In this document: piece after piece, positions 38,301 through 47,674 of the stretch
Layout of the letters: each line of letters opens with the position of its first letter
How positions within the stretch are numbered: position 1 is the stretch's first letter
NCBI GenBank assembly: GCA_036569285.1
Contig: DATCQX010001103.1
Span: 19,528-83,527, forward strand
From: Streptomyces sp.
Lineage (GTDB): Bacteria > Actinomycetota > Actinomycetes > Streptomycetales > Streptomycetaceae
Length of the DNA stretch: 64,000 bases
Direction: 5' to 3'
Notes under the pieces: generated by a model
Seen by the model: the letters and a program-made list of their open reading frames with translations, nothing else
Database searches by the model: none
Told to the model about the DNA's origin: nothing
Position numbers and translations under genes: made by a program

Positions 38301-39019
38301 TGCCGCCCCGCCGCCGCAACCGGCCAGGACACCAGGGCGAGTTGAACGAAGCAGCCCGCCTCGCCGACCGGCTCCAGGCGGCCGGCTACACCAAACGCGA
38401 CATCGCCCGCATCATCGACCGAGACCCGTCCCTGGTCTCGCAGTTCTACACCAAGAACAAGGGAGCCGCCTTCGTCCCGGCCCTACGGCAGGTCCTGGCC
38501 GCCGTCGAGACCGGCGGCATCACTGACCTGCCCGAACTCGCCGCCATCGCCGCCCGCCACACCCAGCGGCGCACCACCGCCTCCGGCACCCGCGCCCGGG
38601 TGCGCACCAAGGCCGTCCTGATCACTCCCACCGGCTCCGGCACCGGCCGCGTCGGGGCACAGGCCATCGCCTCCGGCTCCGCCCGCCTGCGCCCCCTGAT
38701 TGCCGAAGCCGCCCGCCTGGGCCTACGCCTGGCCTTCACCGTCCGCCTCGCCAGAACCGGCTACGTGCACCCCTCCGGCAGCCGTACCGACTCACCCGGC
38801 ATCCGCCGCGACGTCATCCAGCGCGCCGACCACAGTGAGGAACGCTCCTACGGCTCCGCTCAGACCGGCGGCTTCGACGCCGCCGACTTCGCCCGCCGCG
38901 TGGACGCCGCAGGCGGCGACGTCACCGCCGCCGTGCACCAGTGGCTGGTGGAGACCGACCGCATCCGCCCCGACGCCCAGATCATCCACCTCGAAATCCG
39001 CACCTGGCGCCCCCGCTGA
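38300..39019 (+). CDS. Basic HTH protein, candidate atypical terminal protein (Tpc/GtpA-type)
   Basis: TGATG coupling to the polymerase-like gene, mirroring tap-tpg. HTH GYTKRDIARIIDRDPSLVSQF. 239 aa and Arg-rich. Confidence 0.5.
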   Translation: MPPRRRNRPGHQGELNEAARLADRLQAAGYTKRDIARIIDRDPSLVSQFYTKNKGAAFVPALRQVLAAVETGGITDLPELAAIAARHTQRRTTASGTRARVRTKAVLITPTGSGTGRVGAQAIASGSARLRPLIAEAARLGLRLAFTVRLARTGYVHPSGSRTDSPGIRRDVIQRADHSEERSYGSAQTGGFDAADFARRVDAAGGDVTAAVHQWLVETDRIRPDAQIIHLEIRTWRPR

Positions 39020-39040
39020 TGGCGCGTCGGACAGCGCCCC

Positions 39041-39682
39041 TCAGCCTTGCTGGCTGGCAGCCTCGTCGGACTGTGCCTCGGCCTCCGGCCCACCCGCCGG
39101 CTCCGGTGCGGGGGCGGTGTAGAAGACGGACTTGCCCTGCTTGCTGCGCTCGGCCTGGCTCTTGGCTACGAGTCCCTCGAGCGTGACCCGCACGACCTTG
39201 GTCGTGATCTGGCGCTCCGGATGGGCCTGGCCCAGCGCTGTGGAGATCTCCGCGGCGGAGCGCGGTTCCTTCGACTCGGCGAGGTGGCGCCGGATGAGCT
39301 CGACCAGGGTGGGCTGGGCCGCTTTCGTGGCCCTTTCCGTCGTGGTCGCGGGCCTCTTGACTGCTGCCTTTTGCGGCGCGGCGGCGGACTTGCGGGCCCT
39401 CTGCTTCCCGCCGCGCGCGGCACTGGCCTTTTGCCGGGGTGAGGGCACCGTGGCACTCTCCGACTCGGCCGCAGGCTCGGCCGGGGCTTCGGTGATGCCA
39501 AGAGCCTGTCGCATGTTCACCAGCACGGTGTGGTCGTGCTGTAGGGCAGCCAACTGCTGTTGCAGGGAGGCGATGTCCGCCGTGATGCGTTCCTGCTCCT
39601 TGACGTTGCGTTCGAGGTCACCGGTCACCTGAGCGGCGTACTGCGATGTCAGTTCAGTGGCGGGAGTGGTTGTCTCGGGCAT
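39041..39682 (-). CDS. Coiled-coil plus C-terminal winged-helix protein
   Basis: GAGGAAAGG RBS. Heptad N-terminus, Ala/Lys linker, then LVELIRRHL..PRSAAEI..VVR.TLEGLVAK..RSKQGKSVFY wHTH. Confidence 0.75.
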   Translation of the reverse strand: MPETTTPATELTSQYAAQVTGDLERNVKEQERITADIASLQQQLAALQHDHTVLVNMRQALGITEAPAEPAAESESATVPSPRQKASAARGGKQRARKSAAAPQKAAVKRPATTTERATKAAQPTLVELIRRHLAESKEPRSAAEISTALGQAHPERQITTKVVRVTLEGLVAKSQAERSKQGKSVFYTAPAPEPAGGPEAEAQSDEAASQQG

Positions 39683-39861
39683 GGGTACTGACCTTTCCTC
39701 GGTGAACCAGCGTGTTGGGGGGGGGGCTGCACCAGATGAGGTGACACCCCTTCTCGGGCGGGTGTTGGCGCCCGGCAGGGGCGCCGCACGTGCCGCACGA
39801 TGCCTTGGCGTACAGATGGTACGGACAAACAGCGCCAGTTGTTCCGCCACGCTATGTCTTC

Positions 39862-40937
39862 TCACCGCGAGCCGCCCTCCGAGCCGTCATGCCCGGTGGC
39901 CACGCGGCAGTGCGACGGAGGAGTGCGCGCCTGCGGCTGGGGCAGGTGCCAGAACACCTCGTCGGTCTCCCGGTTGTGATGCCATGCCCTCAGGGTGCGT
40001 GTGGTCACCAGCCGGTCGAGCAGTTCTCCGGTCTGCTGCGGTGAGTGCCCGCACAGGCGGGTGAGGATGTCCATGTCGGTGCTGTGTTCGGGCCGGGTGC
40101 CGGTGTGCGCGGCCAGCACGAGAGCAGTCAGCCGCAGTGCGGGCGCCGTGGCCGGCAGGACCAACGGCACGGGCCGCAGCGCCCAGTCGGCAGCACGGCA
40201 GCGGGTACGGCGGCCGGGCGCCTGGTCCAGCACTGTGGCATCGAGCAGCCGCACCTGCCATGGCAGCGCACGCACGTCCGGCAGCTCCAGCCAGCCGGCG
40301 TGGGCCAGCTCCAGCCACACTTCGCGGTTGTGGCGCAGGCGCATGCCCCGCAACAGGCCTGCCGACAGCCGGACATGGGCGCGGGTGTCGGCACGAGCGC
40401 GCACTGCAGGGCCAGCAGCCGGGCGGCGGGGGAGGTGAAGCGGGGCAGCGCAGTGCCGAGGTACGTCAGCATTTCCCGCACCCGCTCCCGCTCCTGGACC
40501 CCGGCGTGGGACCGGCGTGCGGGCGGGGGCGGGCCAGGGGAGGCATGCTGCCGCAGGGAGCCGGAAAGGGTGTCGGGTACCACGGCCGTGTTGCTGGTCG
40601 CCGCGGCACAGGCCGCGCAGGTGTCGGCCAGCCGCCAGGCGCGGCCGCTGCGGTCGCGGGTGAGGGCCAGCAGCACCGGTCCCGCGCAGCCGCGGTGACG
40701 CGGATGCCACCGGCAGCCCCGGGCCCGGCACTGGCAACTGCGCAGATAGGTGGGCAGCGCGTCGGCGCGGGCATGGCAGGCCAGATGAGCCAGGACGGCA
40801 GAACGTGCGGAGGCCCCCGTGAGCGCAGACGTGTGAGCGGCGCAGGCGGGGCAGACGAGAGCGGGGCCGCCCGCTCGCGAACGCAGTTCCACTGTCCAGA
40901 TGCGCCGCACTGCTGAGTGCGCGCCGGCGAGCCTCAT
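39862..40937 (-). pseudogene. Cys/His-rich hypothetical protein, frameshifted near 40395
   Basis: ORF 40128..40937 (CPAC, CQC..C.WH, CAAC, ARLLALQCAL) continues as RADTRAHVRL... in another frame. A single missing C in CTC|CGT explains the shift. Confidence 0.65.
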
Positions 40938-41017
40938 GGGCTGGTCGTCCTCCCGTCTGTCCGTGCCCGAGGTGGTGGGTGCCCCGGCGCATCACAGGGC
41001 CGGGAAGACGCACGGTA

Positions 41018-41102
41018 GTGCAGAGTCCTGCACCTTGAATGCCGCTCTCGCCACCCAGACAAATAGTGCAGAGGTCTGCACTGACAGGGCAGGGGTCTGC
41101 AC
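41018..41102. promoter_or_regulatory. Three palindromic operators GTGCAG-N4-CTGCAC
   Basis: GTGCAGAGTCCTGCAC (41018-41033), GTGCAGAGGTCTGCAC (41066-41081) and GGGCAGGGGTCTGCAC (41087-41102), between divergent genes next to an XRE regulator. Confidence 0.8.
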
Positions 41103-41116
41103 CGTCGGATGGTCGG

Positions 41117-41380
41117 GTGACGATCTTGCCGCCCGACCCCGACTTCACCGCGCTGCGCATGACGCTGGCGCGCCTGCGGGGCGAGCGCGGCTGGACCTAC
41201 GACGAACTCGCCGACCGCAGCGGCCTGGCCCGGCACACCCTCATCGACCTGGAACACGGCCGCACCACCGGCAGCGTCGCCACCTGGCACACCCTTGCCC
41301 ACACGTTCGACGTGCCCATCGAGCACCTCCTGGGCACCCTCTGCGACGACCACACGCCACCCGGCACCCACGGCCCCTGA
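41117..41380 (+). CDS. Small XRE-family transcriptional regulator
   Basis: LARLRGERGWTYDELADRSGLARHTLIDLEHG HTH_3 motif. Confidence 0.85.
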   Translation: MTILPPDPDFTALRMTLARLRGERGWTYDELADRSGLARHTLIDLEHGRTTGSVATWHTLAHTFDVPIEHLLGTLCDDHTPPGTHGP

Positions 41381-41548
41381 CGTCCTGGCGCGCCCGCCTC
41401 GGGTCCTACCGCGAATCACCCGAACGGCGAGCAAGCATCGAACGTGAGGACGCTCGCGAGATCGTCCGTTCGGTGCCGCTGGGCTGGTCGAGGGACATAT
41501 CCCCGACGCGTTGCTCACGCCTGCGTGTCGCCTGGCACGGTCCGGGCC

Positions 41549-42412
41549 ATGTGCCCCACGCCCGCCCCTGACGGCCGCCACTGGGACGGCAGCCCTCGCG
41601 CTCTCCGCCGCCCCCGCACGCTCCGGGTGACCACGACCAGCCCCAGCCGCCTGCTGCGCGCCGGCCAAACGGGCCGCTGCCGCCAGTGCGGCAGCCGCAT
41701 CGACCTCTACCCGCGTTCCGATCAGCGGCCCATCGCCCTGCACCCTGCTGAACTGACCGTCACCGATGTCCCCGAATCCTGCCGCTGGCACCTCAGCGGG
41801 GGCATCGCCTATCCGCACGGCGACAGCAGTGCCTGGTGCCGCATCCCGCATGCCGTGCTCTGCCCTCACCGCACCCCCACCTGCCAGGCCGGCCCCCGCC
41901 TCGAGGCGATCCGCCGTCAACTCGCCGTCCGCGCCCGCCGTCTGATCGACACCGGGGCCCTCACCCCCGTCCCACCCGTCACCCCGCAGCCCGACACCCC
42001 CAAACCCGGCGGACCCGACCGCCCCGTCGTCCAGCTGCTGCTGTGCCGCTACCTCGCCCAGCAGCGACTCGAGGACCTGCGCTGCGTGGCCCAGACCTGC
42101 CATCGCCACCGCTGCCCCCACCCCGTCCTCGCCCCCGCCGGCCCGGCCGGGATGTGGAAACTGCTGCCCACCACCGCTCGGCACGGCCAACTCGCCCTGC
42201 CCGATGCGCTGATGGCCGTCTACGACCTGGGCCACCTCTCCTATGGCGAACAGCTGCGCTGGCGCACCCAGCGCTGCCCGGCACACGCCACCGCACCCGG
42301 CGTCGCCGACCTCGCCCTGGCCTGCTGGGAACCCTTCGACCCTCTCCTGCATGCGGCGCACATCCACACCCGCCTGCCCCATTCCTCGCCCTGCCCGCAC
42401 CGAAGGGGATGA
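41549..42412 (+). CDS. DUF6083-like Cys/His-rich protein
   Basis: CRQCG..LHP.EL..P..RWH..CRIPH..LCP and C.AQT..RC..PV motifs. Confidence 0.65.
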   Translation: MCPTPAPDGRHWDGSPRALRRPRTLRVTTTSPSRLLRAGQTGRCRQCGSRIDLYPRSDQRPIALHPAELTVTDVPESCRWHLSGGIAYPHGDSSAWCRIPHAVLCPHRTPTCQAGPRLEAIRRQLAVRARRLIDTGALTPVPPVTPQPDTPKPGGPDRPVVQLLLCRYLAQQRLEDLRCVAQTCHRHRCPHPVLAPAGPAGMWKLLPTTARHGQLALPDALMAVYDLGHLSYGEQLRWRTQRCPAHATAPGVADLALACWEPFDPLLHAAHIHTRLPHSSPCPHRRG

Positions 42413-42415
42413 CCC

Positions 42416-42892
42416 GTGCCGCACCATGCCCTGGAAATCACGCTGACCCACCCTCTGCCCCCGCCTGTCCTGCACCGCGCCGCCCGCCTGCTGCCGCTCG
42501 CCGCTAACCACGACGCCACCCGCCTGATGGCCCTCGTCGCCGCCAAGACGCCGCAGCGCGCCGCCCGCCGGCTGCGCCGCCGCCTCGGCGCCCGGCTGCC
42601 CATCGACGTGATCACCACCCACTACCCGGACGCCGACCACAGCGTGCTGCTCAACATCGCCTTCCCGCCCGCTGTGCACGCCGCCCTGACCGCCGGTGCC
42701 CGCCGTGCCCAGCAGACCCCCGAGCGCTTCCTGGAACTGGCCGTGCACCGGGCCCTAGCCGAGCACGCCGACCGGGAGACCGAGCGCCTAGACCACGCGG
42801 TGCGCCAACTGCTGGCCCACACCACCCCTGCCTACCTGCTGTCCGCCGTCGGGCACGCACTCGCCCGGCTCCCTGAGAGGCCCACGCCGTGA
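42416..42892 (+). CDS. Hypothetical protein
   Basis: GAAGGGGA RBS, good codon bias, and GTGA coupling to the helicase. Confidence 0.7.
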   Translation: MPHHALEITLTHPLPPPVLHRAARLLPLAANHDATRLMALVAAKTPQRAARRLRRRLGARLPIDVITTHYPDADHSVLLNIAFPPAVHAALTAGARRAQQTPERFLELAVHRALAEHADRETERLDHAVRQLLAHTTPAYLLSAVGHALARLPERPTP

Positions 42893-44310
42893 ACCCCACC
42901 GACGAACAGACCGCAGCCGCTGACGCCTTCCACGCTGGCGACCACCTGGCCCTGCAGGCCGGCGCCGGCACCGGCAAGACCACCACCCTCGCCCTCCTCG
43001 CCCGCGCCACCACCCGCCGCGGCCGCTACCTGGCCTACAACCGGGCCATCGCCCAGGACGCCCGCACCCGCTTCCCCGATACCGTCCAGTGCAAGACCGC
43101 CCACGCCCTCGCCTACGCCGCCATCGGCCACCGCTACACCCGCCGCCTCAACGCCCCCCGCCGCCCGGCCTGGCAGACTGGACAAGCCCTCGGACTGACC
43201 AAAGCCGCCCTGCGTACCGTCGCCCGCTTCTGCCACACCGCGGACGAGGCCATCACCCGCCACCACGTTCCCCACCTGCGCGGCCTGGACGAATCCGACC
43301 TGCATGCCCAACTCGCCGCCCACATCCTGCCGTTCGCCCGCAAAGCCTGGGCCGACCTGCAGCACTCCGACGACGGCGCAGTCCGCTTCGACCACGACCA
43401 CTACCTCAAGATCTGGGCCCTCACCCGGCCGCGCATCCAAGCCGACTTCCTGCTGCTGGACGAGGCCCAGGACACCAACCCCGTCGTCGAACAGATCTTC
43501 CTGGGCCAGCGCGGCCACGCCCAACTCGTCATGGTCGGCGACTCCGCCCAGGCCATCTACCACTGGCGCGGCGCCAAAGACGTCATGACCGGCTTCGACG
43601 GCACCCAGCTGACCCTGTCCCAGTCCTTCCGCTTCGGCCCCGACCTCGCTCGGGAGGCCAACCGCTGGCTGCATTTCGCCGACGCCCCCATCCGCCTCAC
43701 CGGCACCCCCGCCGTGCTCACCGAACTCGGCCCCGTCACCCAGCCGGACGCCGTGCTGTGCCGCACCAACGTCGGCGCCATGGCCCAGGTCATGACCCTC
43801 ATGGCGGCCGGCTACCGGGTCGCCCTGGCCGGGGGAGGAGACAGCCTGCAGGCCCTGGCCCTTGCGGCCCGCGACCTGAAAGAGGGCCGGCGCACCCACC
43901 ACCCCGAACTCATCCTCTTCCCCTCATGGGGCGACCTGCAGGACTACGCCGCCCACGACCCGGCCGGCCGCGACCTGCAGCCCCTGGTCAACCTCGTCGA
44001 CACCCACGGCACCGACGCCATCCTCACCGCCGTCGCCCGCCTCGCCCCCGAACCGCACGCCCAGGTCACCGTCTCCACCGCCCACAAGGCCAAAGGACGC
44101 GAATGGCCCCGCATCCTCATCGCCGACGACTTCGCCCGGCTCGAGGACCAGACCACCGACGGACAAACAAACACCACGAGACCCCCCGATCCCATCGACG
44201 ATGCCGAAGCCCGTCTGGCCTACGTAGCGGTCACCCGCACCCGCCAACGCCTTGACCTGGGCGGCCTGTCCTGGGTCCACGACCATCCCGACGGCACCCC
44301 GCCCGTCTGA
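42889..44310 (+). CDS. UvrD/Rep-like SF1 helicase (short form)
   Basis: QAGAGTGKTT, LLDEAQD, VGDSAQAIY.WRGA, LSQSFRFG, STAHKAKGREW and LAYVAVTR. Confidence 0.9.
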   Translation: MNPTDEQTAAADAFHAGDHLALQAGAGTGKTTTLALLARATTRRGRYLAYNRAIAQDARTRFPDTVQCKTAHALAYAAIGHRYTRRLNAPRRPAWQTGQALGLTKAALRTVARFCHTADEAITRHHVPHLRGLDESDLHAQLAAHILPFARKAWADLQHSDDGAVRFDHDHYLKIWALTRPRIQADFLLLDEAQDTNPVVEQIFLGQRGHAQLVMVGDSAQAIYHWRGAKDVMTGFDGTQLTLSQSFRFGPDLAREANRWLHFADAPIRLTGTPAVLTELGPVTQPDAVLCRTNVGAMAQVMTLMAAGYRVALAGGGDSLQALALAARDLKEGRRTHHPELILFPSWGDLQDYAAHDPAGRDLQPLVNLVDTHGTDAILTAVARLAPEPHAQVTVSTAHKAKGREWPRILIADDFARLEDQTTDGQTNTTRPPDPIDDAEARLAYVAVTRTRQRLDLGGLSWVHDHPDGTPPV

Positions 44311-44488
44311 ACAGCCTTGGAAGAGCGGGGCCGTGCTGGTGACGCAAGTCAACGCGAAGCCGTGTAACCGATCGAAGGCCGCACCAAGACCACCCCCTCG
44401 ATGCACTGCCCGAGTAGGACACGGTCTTAGGTGCGGCGGGGCCAGGAACCTGGACCTCCTGAACGAGAGCAGGGCCCCGGCCGTGAGA

Positions 44489-47400
44489 TCACGCCAGTTC
44501 TGCCAGGTTGTGCAGGTCGTCGCGGACGAGGCGGTCGCGTTCGGGCGCATCCAGCCACCGCGCGTGGGAGCCGCGGTGGTCCTTTTTGACCCACAGCACG
44601 TCGTGCACCGTCTCGGCGACCGGACGCAGGTGGCTGATGACGGCCAGCAGTGTGTCGGTGCCGACGTGTGCGCGCAGGACCTGCAGGGCGCTGTCGAGGG
44701 AAGCGCTGTCCAGGGTGCCGAAGCCTTCGTCGAGGAAGAGGCTTTCCATGCGGGTACCGCTTCGGCCGTGCATCTCCACCAACGCGAGGGAGAGAGCGAG
44801 CGATGCTTGGAAGGTTTCCCCGCCGGAGAGGGTGCGTGAGCTGCGGCGGGTGTGGCTGGTGAGACTGACGATGTCGAAGTCGTCGGCGAAACCCAGCCGT
44901 CCGCCGGAGAGCTGCTGCAGCAGCTCACTGCCGTGCGCGAGCAAAGCACGGGTGCGCAGGTCGGTGAGGTGGCCGAGGAACTTCCCGTCCGTCATATGGG
45001 CGCTCACTGCCTGCCAGGCGGCCAGCTGGCGCTCGCCTGCAGCCAGGGCATCTGCCAGTTGTTCCTTGTGGGGGATCTGGGACTCGGCCTTCTCCGCGTC
45101 ACTGAGGGCGCGTTCGGCTTCGTTGCGCAGGATGCCGGCTTGGCTGCTCAGGCCGTCCAGGAGGGTGGGGTCCAAAGCATCCGTCGTCTCCCCGGACATC
45201 TGCAGCATCGTGGTGCTGGGGTAGGCGACCGCCACCTCCTGGGCATGCGCAGAGAGCCGCGTGGTCAGCTCCGCCATGGCCGCGCGGGCCGCGGTGTCGT
45301 GTCCGTCCAGTGCCGCCAGCAGCAGCGTGCCGGCGGTTTCCAGAGCTGCGGCGTACTCCTCCGTAGCTGCAGGGTTGCTGGCCACGGTGGGGGGAGGCAG
45401 TACGGGGCGTGCGGACTCCTCGATCAGTGCTGCTGCACTGGTGGCGCTGTCCGCCCAGCGCTGCAGCCGTACTTCGAGTTGATGCAGAGGGTCAGTGACC
45501 TCCCGCTGTTGGCGTCCTGCCAGTTCGCTCTGCTCGACAAGCAGCTCCTGCGCACGTGTACGCAGTTGGGTCTGCCGTCCGGCCAGTTCCTGCTGGCGGC
45601 TCTGTTCGAGACGTACTGTCTCAGCCGCGGCTGCCAGATGATCGGCGGTGGGTAGCTGCGGAGGTTGGGGCAGCGCGGTCCGTACGGGTTCAGGCATTGC
45701 GGACAGGCTTGCCAGCAGGCTGCGCTGCTCGTTCTTGAGGTGCTCGCTCCGTTTTTCAGCCTGCTCGCGGGCCTTGCCTGAGTCCCGTGTGGCTTTTTCC
45801 AGCACAGTGCGATCCGCGCCCAGCTGGGCTTCTGCCCGTGCCAGCGCACTCCTGCCGGCATCGGCTGCTTCCTGCAGCTGAACGACACGGCCACGGGCGA
45901 CCTGCAGGAGGACACCGGTCAAGGTCTCCCGTTCGACGGCAGTTGGCTGTGCGCCGTCGGTCAGGCGGGCAAGGGATGTCGCGACCGCGGTCTCCAACTC
46001 CTTGGCGAACGCAGCCGGCTGGGGGTGGTCGGTGCGCGAGGCGAGTTCCATCGCCTGCTCACGCACTGCAGGAAGAGACGCTTCGAGCTGAGCGGCGGCT
46101 TCCTTGACCTGCTGCTCGTGTTCCTGCCGGGTCCGCTGAAGCCCCTCGAACTCGTGCGTGTGGCGGGCGTGTTCCCGCTCGGCGCTGCTCAGCGCGGCGG
46201 AGGCACTCTCTACCGCGGCCACGGCTTGAGCGAGGGCTTCGTCGTCCTGCGGCTGCGGCGGCTGGTAGTCGTCGGGCAGCGGTCGGGCACAGACGGAGCA
46301 GCCGTCCCCGGGGACCAGTCCATCGCCCGCGGTGTGTGCGGCCTCCTGGCGCCGGATCCCGTCCAGCACATCCTGCGCCGCGACCACCGCGGCCCGCGCC
46401 TTCTCCGGGTCGCTACCGGGAAGATCCTGCAGGAGGGTACTGAGCCTCTTGCTGGTGGTGGCGCGGTTGGCACGCTGGAGGGCCAGTACGCCGGCTGCTT
46501 CGCCGGCGTGCCGGACGGCGGTCGTCAGTGCCTGCAGCACCTCGTTGGCGGCAGTGGCATCCTCATCGGTGTCCTGCGCCTGTGCACCCAGCTCGGCGAC
46601 GTGTGTCTCGGCGTTCTTCAGCTCGTCGGCACGCCGGGCCAGAGCCTCTTCCTCGCTCGCGAGCTCGGCCAGGAACTGGGCGTGCTCCGCCTGCCCCTGC
46701 GCAAGGGTGCTGAGCCTGCCGGGCATGTCCCCGAGAACCTGGGCGGCTGCCGCCAGGACGTCGGGAGCCAGCCCCGCTGCGACGGCCCTCTCCTGCTCGG
46801 CAGTGACAGCCGTGAGACCGTTCTGGACGGCGGTCTCGGCTGCGGCGTTGGCTTCCTGCAGCTGCTGCAGTTCTTTCTGGGCCTGCCGGACAGAGGCCGT
46901 GATGCGGCCATAGTCGGCCACGCACCGCTCGGCGAGTTCGGCAGCGGCCTTCACACTGAGGCGGGCTTGTTGCGACGTCTGTGCGGCCTTGGTCTGCAGC
47001 CGGCGCAGTTCGGCCAGCCGGTCGTCGAGGTCTGAGGCGCCGAGGAAGGCTCGTTCGTGCCGCTGCCGGTCTGCTTGGGCCTGAGCGGCCGGGTCGGCAG
47101 GCAGCCGGGCGTCTTCCTGCCGTGCCTGGCTGATGAGGTCCTTGATCCGGCTGACGGCTCCGTCGGCGAGCTGGCGTACTCGCTGCAGCTCGTCAACACC
47201 GAAGAGGGACTTCAGGATACGGGTACGCTCGGCGTCACCCGCGTTGAGTAGATCGCCGAAGCGTCCTTGCGGGACCAGGACGGAGGATTTGAAGGTGATG
47301 TAGTCGATTCCCAGGAGGTCGCGGACGGCTGCGTCGACGGCGCGTGTGCCGTCGGTGTGCTTGCCGTTTGGGTCCGTCAGCCGTGCCTGGGTTTCGCGGG

Positions 47401-47674
47401 TGGCGTGGAAGACGCGGTGTGCCCGCCATTGCCGGCCGTCCACGCGGAACACGAGGTCGACGCTCATGGCCTGGCAGTCGTCGGAGCGCAGCTGGGCAGC
47501 CTGGTCGGTGAAGGAACATCTGCCGTACAGGGCGACGGTGATGGCTTCCAGGATGCTGGTCTTGCCCGCGCCGGTGTCGCCGAGGATGCCCACGAGGGTC
47601 TTGCCGGTGAAGTCGATCTCGCAGGTGCCGGGGTAGCTGCGGACCCCTGAGAAGGTCAGGCGGACGATCTTCAT
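44489..47674 (-). CDS. sbcC: SbcC/Rad50-like SMC ATPase
   Basis: MKIVRLTFSGVRSY, GDTGAGKT, Q-loop VPQGRF, zinc hook CSVC, LSGGETF, LFLDEGFGTLD and VISH. ATGA overlap with sbcD. Confidence 0.92.
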   Translation of the reverse strand: MKIVRLTFSGVRSYPGTCEIDFTGKTLVGILGDTGAGKTSILEAITVALYGRCSFTDQAAQLRSDDCQAMSVDLVFRVDGRQWRAHRVFHATRETQARLTDPNGKHTDGTRAVDAAVRDLLGIDYITFKSSVLVPQGRFGDLLNAGDAERTRILKSLFGVDELQRVRQLADGAVSRIKDLISQARQEDARLPADPAAQAQADRQRHERAFLGASDLDDRLAELRRLQTKAAQTSQQARLSVKAAAELAERCVADYGRITASVRQAQKELQQLQEANAAAETAVQNGLTAVTAEQERAVAAGLAPDVLAAAAQVLGDMPGRLSTLAQGQAEHAQFLAELASEEEALARRADELKNAETHVAELGAQAQDTDEDATAANEVLQALTTAVRHAGEAAGVLALQRANRATTSKRLSTLLQDLPGSDPEKARAAVVAAQDVLDGIRRQEAAHTAGDGLVPGDGCSVCARPLPDDYQPPQPQDDEALAQAVAAVESASAALSSAEREHARHTHEFEGLQRTRQEHEQQVKEAAAQLEASLPAVREQAMELASRTDHPQPAAFAKELETAVATSLARLTDGAQPTAVERETLTGVLLQVARGRVVQLQEAADAGRSALARAEAQLGADRTVLEKATRDSGKAREQAEKRSEHLKNEQRSLLASLSAMPEPVRTALPQPPQLPTADHLAAAAETVRLEQSRQQELAGRQTQLRTRAQELLVEQSELAGRQQREVTDPLHQLEVRLQRWADSATSAAALIEESARPVLPPPTVASNPAATEEYAAALETAGTLLLAALDGHDTAARAAMAELTTRLSAHAQEVAVAYPSTTMLQMSGETTDALDPTLLDGLSSQAGILRNEAERALSDAEKAESQIPHKEQLADALAAGERQLAAWQAVSAHMTDGKFLGHLTDLRTRALLAHGSELLQQLSGGRLGFADDFDIVSLTSHTRRSSRTLSGGETFQASLALSLALVEMHGRSGTRMESLFLDEGFGTLDSASLDSALQVLRAHVGTDTLLAVISHLRPVAETVHDVLWVKKDHRGSHARWLDAPERDRLVRDDLHNLAELA

